Below, piece by piece: positions 1 to 5,436 of a stretch of 5,436 nucleotides of DNA (position 1 is its first letter; each line of letters opens with the position of its first letter). The stretch spans positions 1-5,436 of the forward strand of contig BAAFSQ010000479.1 of the NCBI GenBank assembly GCA_054661495.1, read 5' to 3'. The notes beneath the pieces are model-generated. The model did no database searches and was not told where the DNA came from. It saw only the letters and a list, made by a program, of their open reading frames with translations. The DNA is from Zygophlyctis sp. KS116 (taxonomy: Eukaryota; Fungi; Chytridiomycota). A program made the position numbers and the translations under genes.

Positions 1-139
1 TACGAGTCTTCAACAGATAATGAGGATCCAAAATGAAGATTGGTATTAGCCCATCTGGATGGTTGGCGATAGCAGAGACCAATGCTGGATTATCATGCAG
101 TCTGAGTGATTTTCTAAACCAAAATATTGCAGTTTTCAT
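1..139 (-). CDS. Cryptochrome/DNA photolyase family protein, most like (6-4) photolyase/animal-type cryptochrome; N-terminal 46 codons only, gene runs off the left edge
   Basis: Manual translation of the reverse complement from ATG at 139..137 gives MKTAIFWFRKSLRLHDNPALVSAIANHPDGLIPIFILDPHYLLKTR. WFRKxLRLHDNPAL followed by PxFILDP is the hallmark N-terminus of the photolyase alpha/beta domain. WFRK (rather than WFRxD) is typical of the (6-4) photolyase/animal CRY clade. Not in the supplied ORF track. Confidence 0.93.
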   Translation of the reverse strand, partial: MKTAIFWFRKSLRLHDNPALVSAIANHPDGLIPIFILDPHYLLKTR

Positions 140-186
140 AGAAAAATGACAGGATTTTGAGTGCGAATTGTTTGTTTACAATACTC
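140..186. promoter_or_regulatory. 47-bp head-to-head spacer, putative bidirectional promoter core
   Basis: Lies between the divergent ATGs at 139 (-) and 187 (+). Contains TGTTTGTTTAC (169..179). Promoter function is inferred from position only. Confidence 0.45.
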
Positions 187-1181
187 ATGAGTGTCCAACC
201 AAATAGAACTTTAGATTCAGTCTTGGAAGATCCAGAACAATCTTCCCATAATGCTGCCCAATCGAATTCATTATCATTGCTTCCTCCAATTGGTTCAACA
301 ACTTCCCTCAGTGGCAGAAGAAAGAGCTTCACTCGCAGGAATTCCTTTGGTATTTCCTCAATCCCTGCATTAGCTGCAGCTCAAGCACATTCAACAGCTC
401 TTAATTCTCAGTCTCGTCTTGATACTATCCAATCAGTTCCAGAAACTACGCTAAAGCCAAATGCTCCTTTGGGCTCAGAGATCCGTCCAGTCTCAAGAGC
501 AGGAGTTATTTCATTAGATGCTCCTCCAAAAGAAGAGAAAGCAGCAGTTGCAATTGAGCCTCAATTAGATTCCACTGGGAAACCTGTCCGAAAAAAATAC
601 AATGTGCCGGAGTCTACAAGAAGTAAATCGTTTGTTCGAAAGGCTAGTGGATTCGCTTCAGTTGGATCGTATGATCCATTCCCCGATAGCTGGAAAGACA
701 GACGGCATTCAATTGCATGGTCTCGATCAAATTCAATTAGATTTGCTGAGTCAAAAAGTGATTTATTGGGGCCTGCAAGCTATAATCCTTCTTATAATTT
801 TGGTCATACAGGAAATACAATAAAAATGGCAAATAGATCCTCTAAACCTCAAAATCATAGCTCTAATGTTTCAAATAATCCCCATATTGGACCAACAACT
901 TATTCTGTTGAAATCGTTAAACGCAATCGAGGATTTGTACCATGGGTTAAAAAAATTCAGAGCTCTTTGAGTAGAGTTGTAGATTTTAAAACTCCTCTAC
1001 CCCCAACAACACATATTGAATTGATTGCTCAATTTGCTGAATCTCCAATCAAACCCAAGACGGCTGTAATATTTTTGTATTGTAATACTAGGAAAAAGTA
1101 GATTCTGTCCCGACCTTAGTGAAAGAGACTCAAAAGCCGTTACATCCTTTGCATCCTAAATTTCTTCAGTCTCCAATTTGA
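187..1181 (+). CDS. Hypothetical Ser/Pro/Arg-rich, probably disordered protein; join(187..1065,1092..1181), 322 aa
   Basis: Long open frame from the first ATG at 187 (the track's start at 157 is a TTG). The ORF-track tail VIFLYCNTRKK begins at a GTAATA donor. Removing 1066..1091 continues the frame as EKVDSVPTLVKETQKPLHPLHPKFLQSPI to TGA at 1179..1181. Several RRxS/RKxS motifs. No family recognised, and the 3' end is uncertain. Confidence 0.65.
1066..1091 (+). other. Spliceosomal intron, 26 nt, phase 0
   Basis: gtaatatttttgtattgtaatactag: GTAAT donor, TAG acceptor, AT-rich, same size class as the homology-supported NOC3 introns. No homology support for the flanking exons. Confidence 0.7.
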
Positions 1182-1230
1182 TATAGAGGTTCTCAAGAAC
1201 AAGTATTTCTCCTAACTGATTATCTCCGAG

Positions 1231-1950
1231 ATGGAGTCACACATCAACTCAAGTTTAGACCAACAAGATTCTTTTGCAGACACGATTGAACTATTTAATC
1301 AATTAGATATTAAACAGCAGCATTCTGCATTCAAAGCCTGGTTAAAATCTAAACTTGAAGCCGTGTCTCATAGTCCAGGCTCTAAAAAAGACTCTTTAGA
1401 AAATCACGAAAAAGCAGAAATAGCATTCAAGAAATGGTTGCATAGTAAAAAATTAGAAGAGATTGATCGGTTGAAAAAACAAGACGAGGAATCTAAACTG
1501 GAATCTCTAAAAAATCAGGAAGCCAAACTCTTAAAATTTAAAAAAAAAGAATTATCTGAATTAAAATACCAGGAATGGAAAAAAATCAAAAGACAGCAGG
1601 ATCAGAATCTTCAATTTCAAAATTTTTTAAAACAACAAGAAATACTATTAGAAAAAGAATCTAAAAAGACGCATTCAAAAGACGCTGTTAAACAGTGGAG
1701 AGGCAATTTGAAGAGCAGAGATCATACGCCTCGAGTATATCCACATCAGAAACCATGGGTCAACATTGTTGAGTCAGCAACGCCCAACGCCACTTCTACT
1801 GAAAAGGGCAAAAATGGGAAAAACTCAAAGAAAGATTGCCAAGAAGATATCTACTCTCCTCCTGCATTATATAAAGACTATGAACTATACGCACAAAAGG
1901 CACCATTATTTCTGAAAAAGTATAGAAATCATGTAGCGTCTGGTAAATAA
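1231..1950 (+). CDS. Coiled-coil protein, CCDC34/CCDC181-like (DUF4207-type), 239 aa; possibly microtubule/flagellum associated
   Basis: ATG-initiated ORF with a Lys/Glu/Gln-rich helical core punctuated by repeated Trp motifs (AFKAWLKSK, AFKKWLHSKK, KYQEWKKIK, AVKQW) and a later KPWV motif, recalling CCDC34-like proteins. Coding status is solid. The family call is from pattern recall, and both termini could be altered by splicing. Confidence 0.6.
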   Translation: MESHINSSLDQQDSFADTIELFNQLDIKQQHSAFKAWLKSKLEAVSHSPGSKKDSLENHEKAEIAFKKWLHSKKLEEIDRLKKQDEESKLESLKNQEAKLLKFKKKELSELKYQEWKKIKRQQDQNLQFQNFLKQQEILLEKESKKTHSKDAVKQWRGNLKSRDHTPRVYPHQKPWVNIVESATPNATSTEKGKNGKNSKKDCQEDIYSPPALYKDYELYAQKAPLFLKKYRNHVASGK

Positions 1951-2106
1951 ATTTAGCGTGTATAATATCATACATTATTTTTCACCATATTTTATATAGA
2001 ATCTATTATCAGATCGTTGATGCAATCTCTACATGTTGAATTCAACTTTTTACAATGAAAATAAAAATTTTCTCGACTGGATTTGGTATAAAAAAATTTT
2101 ATTTTC

Positions 2107-4313
2107 ATGAGAAAGAAAAAGAACTGGAGAAAGCCTGGAAAGGTAGAGGAATCAATCCCAGTTTCTATACATGAGGAAGACTTGGACTTTTTGAATGAGT
2201 ACAAGAATTATGCTAAATTTCTTTTAAGCACTGGAGATTTAGAGGAAATTGAAGATAACTACTCAAAGGGGCCTCAAAAGGAATACAGGGAGTTACTTCC
2301 CATAAAATTAAAGGATGGATCTCTCAAGAGGCAGTCGATGGAGGTGCTAGACTCAGACTCAGACGGTGAAGCTTCGCCTAACAGCGATCCGAGCCCTGAT
2401 TTGACTGCTGAGACTCTGGCTGCTGATACTGGAGCTGATGCTAAAAAAGGTATTGAAGGATCCGATGGGGCCAGCAAGTCTAGATCACAGCAGAAAGAAG
2501 AGATTGCATTATTAGCAACAGAAATAATTCAGGATCCTCAAAAGAATATTGTGAATTTGGAAAAATTGAGAGAATTTACAAAATCAAAGAAAATTGAAAT
2601 TGTTAAATTGGCTCTACTATCTTTACTAATGGTTTTCAAGGATATAATTCCAGGATATAGAATACGAGTACAAGATACTGATCAGGTATCGAAAGAAGTA
2701 AAGAAGCTTAGAAAATTTGAAAATTCTCTATTAGAGAATTATCAAGAATATTTAAAGGATTTAGAAGCTTTGTCGGCAGACAAAAACTACAAAAAAACAG
2801 GCGCACAATGTTTAACAGAATTGTTGAAAACCGTTTCTCATTTCAATTTTAGAAACAATTTACTAAATGTAGTGATAGGATTTATGTATTCGACTGATAA
2901 AGAAATTTCTGTTTTATGCTGTAATTGTATCTCTTATATTTTCAAAGGAGATGTATCTGGGGAAATTTCTCTGGAAGCTACCAAAATCATGTCAAAAATG
3001 ATTAAATCAAGGGGATATAAGGTTCCAGAACAAATGATTTCTACATTTTTGGATTTGCGTTTGATAGAAGAATTCTCAAAGGAAAAACCAACAGATTTGG
3101 AAGAAAACAAGACCAACAAGAAACGAAAGTTGGAACATATTTCTAGAAAATCTAAAAAGGTTTTAAAAGTTAATCAAGAGATTGAAAAGGATTTAAAAGA
3201 AGCAGAGGCGGTATACGATAAGGATGAAAAAAGGAAAATTGTAATTATTTTAAAATTTTAAAATTAGCAAACCGAAACACTAAAGTTTGTATTTGCTACA
3301 TACTTTAGAATTTTGAAGAATGCTCCAAAGTCTTCTCTACTGTCTTCTGTACTGGAAGGTCTAGCAAAGTTTGCGCACCTGATTAATATAGATTTCTTCA
3401 ATGATCTCTTGAACGTTTTGAAAAAGATTTCAAATGATCATTTTACTGCATATTTAGAAGGAAATGATAAGAATATTACTACAAAAAATGCTCTTCATTG
3501 TATAATTGCTGCTTTTCAATTACTATCTGGTCAAGGTATGCTTTAAAAGACTGAATAACAGGAGCAACTTTAAACATTGACTTGGCAGATTTTTACAAAT
3601 CATTTTACTCTCAGATGATTAGCGTTATTCTTAAAACAAGCATTATTACTTGTAGTCCCAAAATAGAGTTATTAGAATCAGCATCCATTCACTCATTGGG
3701 AAAAAGTGAATTGGGACTCTTGTTACAAGGATTCGAATTGATGTTTAATCGCAAAAAAAGTATGCCTTTAGAAAGAATTGCTGCCTTTGTCAAGAGATTA
3801 GCAACTTCATCACTTTATATGTCTTCAAATGGCACTCTTGCATCTCTTTCAATAATTAAATCTCTCATGATTAAATTTCCAAAGTTGGATGTTATGTTTG
3901 ATTCTGAAGCTGGTAGTGGAAATGGTGTTTATTCTCCATTTTTAGATGATCCTGATTTATCAAATGCAACTAGTGCTAATCTTTGGGAATTAACTTTACT
4001 AAAAACTCATTATGATCCCTTGATTCGATCTTTTATAGATAATATAATGGAAATGGCAACTATTAAATATCAATCTGGAAACCGAAGACCTCGCAATCCT
4101 GAATTATCATTAGAATACTCTACTTATTTAAGCAAGTATGACCTATTTAAACCTGGAAAGAATGGTATAAAATTCAACATGTCACCAATGGTCCCTAGTA
4201 AAGAGCTAATTGATTATGTCAAGAAAAAAAAGAAGGGAATTAAATCTTGTGATGGACCAACTGGACTCGTAAACAGTGAATTTTTTACAAATTTGAAGGA
4301 GCCGCAAAATTAA
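2107..4313 (+). CDS. NOC3: Nucleolar complex-associated protein 3 (60S ribosome biogenesis, NOC3p plus CBF/Mak21 domains); join(2107..3240,3268..3535,3562..4313), 717 aa
   Basis: Motifs [66 protein letters not shown]. Splicing restores the conserved junctions [21 protein letters not shown] and [16 protein letters not shown] and unites three track ORFs (1134+268+752 = 2154 nt). Confidence 0.96.
3241..3267 (+). other. Spliceosomal intron 1 of NOC3, 27 nt, phase 0
   Basis: gtaattattttaaaattttaaaattag; contains an in-frame TAA (3259..3261). Removal restores the NOC3 motif QTETLKxVFxTYFRILK. Confidence 0.93.
3536..3561 (+). other. Spliceosomal intron 2 of NOC3, 26 nt, phase 1
   Basis: gtatgctttaaaagactgaataacag; removal gives [11 protein letters not shown] and supplies exactly the frame change needed to join ORF 3313..3546 to ORF 3582..4313. 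Confidence 0.93.
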
Positions 4314-4317
4314 AAAA

Positions 4318-4918
4318 ATGTCTCAATCTTTTATTGATTCTATTGATCCAGAGCTTGACCGCATCCGCAATCTAATCCATGAGATTGTAATTTAGTTGTA
4401 AAACTTATCATGTATAGTTTTCATCCCAAACCAGAGAATTAGATCAACTCCGCCTGTCAAAATTATCATCTGATAAATTAGTAAAGGATTTAGAGTCTAA
4501 AATAACTTCTTTAGAATTCCTAAATTCTCAAAAATCTAATCAGATTGAAGATTTAAAAAAACAGCTTGATAAATTCTTATCTTTTAAAAAATCAATTCAA
4601 GCATCATTAGAATCTCAAGATGAAAACCGTCTAATATTTTCAGAAATTCCTGAAAAGAATGAATTTATAAAACCTTTTAGATCTAGTGTTGATGGCCGAT
4701 CCTTTTTCACCAAAGCCCGATCTAAACTCTGTTATGATGATTATACTTTTCTTTTACAACTAGTAAAACGGTAATTTCCCTTTTCTTACAAAAGTTATAA
4801 TGATTGTGAACAAAGCAGCAGTAGTACACTTAAAGAATCTACTCCTATCCTTTCTAAATACCCTGATCTCTTTAAAGAATTTGAAAGATTACTTTCATCT
4901 TCTAGAATATCAACCTAG
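4318..4918 (+). CDS. At4g15545-like protein (N-terminal coiled coil plus C-terminal VDGxxFF helical domain); join(4318..4386,4418..4770,4795..4918), 181 aa
   Basis: Manual translation: MSQSFIDSIDPELDRIRNLIHEI/FSSQTRELDQLRLSKLSSDKLVKDLESKITSLE...KFLSFKKSIQASLESQD...SVDGRSFFTKARSKLCYDDYTFLLQLVKR/YNDCEQSSSSTLKESTPILSKYPDLFKEFERLLSSSRIST*. This matches the recalled pattern VDGKEFFRQxRxRLSYEQF..FL..VK..N...Q.....L......DL...FE.L and the upstream FKKxL motif of the At4g15545 family. Not in the ORF track. Confidence 0.82.
4387..4417 (+). other. Spliceosomal intron, 31 nt, phase 0
   Basis: gtaatttagttgtaaaacttatcatgtatag; GTAATT donor, TAG acceptor; joins the ATG-4318 exon in frame to the 353-nt open exon 4418..4770. 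Confidence 0.8.
4771..4794 (+). other. Spliceosomal intron, 24 nt, phase 2
   Basis: gtaatttcccttttcttacaaaag; GTAATT donor, in-frame TAA at 4772..4774, AAG acceptor. Removal restores the VKRYN spacing of the conserved C-terminal domain. Confidence 0.85.
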
Positions 4919-5431
4919 TAAATCATCTAGCCATTCTTGTAAATCCTGAGACTTTTGAGATCCTATAACCTCGACATTTTTTTCTAAATTCCTTTCAACC
5001 GAGTCTATTTTACAAACTTTTAGAATATCAGATCCCATATTTTCAGTTAATTTGCAAGAATCTTGAGATTTAAAATATCCATTTCCTAATAAAATCTTTT
5101 TTTGAGAGAATATCTGATCATGAAATCCTTTATAAACAGTCTTTTCCCTAATATTTTCTCTGATTTGATTTCCTGATATTCCAGCAAATGAAATCTTTAA
5201 AGAATTATTTAAATCCTGTTCCTGTTTCTCTTGAAATCCCACAATTTTATTTTGTAGTTGCAAGAGTAAATCAGAGTCTTTGTGATCTAAACTATTTAAA
5301 TTCTCAGAGTCTGACTCGTCACTTCCACTAGATATTAAGTCACTGCCAGTAGATAATATATTTTCTTGTGTTTTCTTGTGTTTTCTCTTCCATTCCCTGC
5401 TGGCTTTTGTCTTGTAAAAATCTGGTTTCAT
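4910..5431 (-). CDS. Hypothetical protein, 173 aa, with a basic N-terminus and C-terminal DLQEWLDDLLG motif reminiscent of Aven-like proteins
   Basis: Uninterrupted ATG..TGA ORF of 522 nt in AT-rich DNA, with a basic N-terminus (KASREWKRKHKK), an acidic Ser patch and a terminal LxxWLDxxL helix. Family assignment is weak. The ATG is 5 nt from the window edge, so an upstream exon cannot be excluded. Confidence 0.7.
   Translation of the reverse strand: MKPDFYKTKASREWKRKHKKTQENILSTGSDLISSGSDESDSENLNSLDHKDSDLLLQLQNKIVGFQEKQEQDLNNSLKISFAGISGNQIRENIREKTVYKGFHDQIFSQKKILLGNGYFKSQDSCKLTENMGSDILKVCKIDSVERNLEKNVEVIGSQKSQDLQEWLDDLLG
5361..5386. repeat. Short tandem repeat (TTTTCTTGTG)x2.6 inside the minus-strand CDS
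   Basis: ttttcttgtg ttttcttgtg ttttct read directly; it encodes part of the Lys-rich segment RKHKKTQEN. Confidence 0.6.
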
Positions 5432-5436
5432 TGAGT

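Noticed and set aside
169-176. TGTTTGTT, the Blastocystis motif linked to poly(A)-created stop codons
   Set aside because: No + strand gene ends just upstream of it, and all genes that end within the window have encoded stops.
114-332. 72-aa minus-strand ORF
   Set aside because: It is antisense to the + gene and overlaps the photolyase start in a different frame. No motif; a shadow ORF.
602-823. 73-aa plus-strand ORF
   Set aside because: Nested out of frame within the longer 187..1065 exon, with no recognisable features.
1139-1169. Alternative 31-nt intron (gttaca...tttcttcag) in gene 2
   Set aside because: The donor deviates from the GTA consensus, and removal only gives a different short tail ending at TAA 1213..1215. 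It cannot be supported without transcripts.
1943-1999. Possible 57-nt (or 14-nt, 1943..1956) intron extending gene 3 beyond ASGK
   Set aside because: A GTAAAT donor is present, but neither length fits the 24-31 nt class and the extension (ESIIRSLMQ...) has no support. Left unresolved pending RNA data.
1992-2204. 70-aa minus-strand ORF
   Set aside because: Antisense to the NOC3 5' end; the Phe-rich translation reflects A-runs on the sense strand.
2274-2477. 67-aa minus-strand ORF
   Set aside because: Antisense shadow of the GC-richer acidic linker of NOC3.
2934-3119. 61-aa minus-strand ORF
   Set aside because: Antisense shadow within conserved NOC3 sequence.
3247-3264. Perfect 18-nt palindrome ATTTTAAAATTTTAAAAT inside NOC3 intron 1
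   Set aside because: Pure A/T low complexity and not shared by the other four introns, so no evidence for a structure-guided or mobile intron.
3241-3561. NOC3 as a pseudogene, frameshifted gene or stop-codon reassignment
   Set aside because: Both interruptions are bounded by GT..AG, and their exact removal restores conserved motifs. TAA, TAG and TGA all terminate genes here, and Trp is TGG.
1-5436. Prokaryotic features, CRISPR arrays, transposons, tRNA/rRNA genes
   Set aside because: The content is eukaryotic and intron-bearing. No repeat-spacer arrays, terminal repeats, transposase motifs or structural RNA signatures were seen, and the spacers leave little room for them.

Overview
AT-rich, extremely compact eukaryotic nuclear DNA using the standard genetic code. 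Six protein-coding genes fill about 95% of the window, with spacers of only 47, 49, 156 and 4 bp plus one 9-bp tail-to-tail overlap. They are interrupted by at least five very short GT-AG introns of 24-31 nt, so the ORF track fragments or misses several genes. In order: (1) the 5' end of a (6-4) photolyase/cryptochrome-family gene on the minus strand (<1..139, absent from the ORF track); (2) a Ser-rich hypothetical protein (187..1181, one intron); (3) a CCDC34/CCDC181-like coiled-coil protein (1231..1950); (4) NOC3 (2107..4313, two introns, 717 aa); (5) an At4g15545-like protein (4318..4918, two introns, absent from the ORF track) starting 4 bp after the NOC3 stop; (6) a convergent minus-strand hypothetical protein with an Aven-like C-terminal motif (4910..5431). 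Gene content and the fungal-looking NOC3 suggest a zoosporic (chytrid-like) fungus or related lineage, but this is inference only. The most notable biology is the miniature-intron system together with near-zero intergenic space, which implies overlapping or polycistronic transcription.
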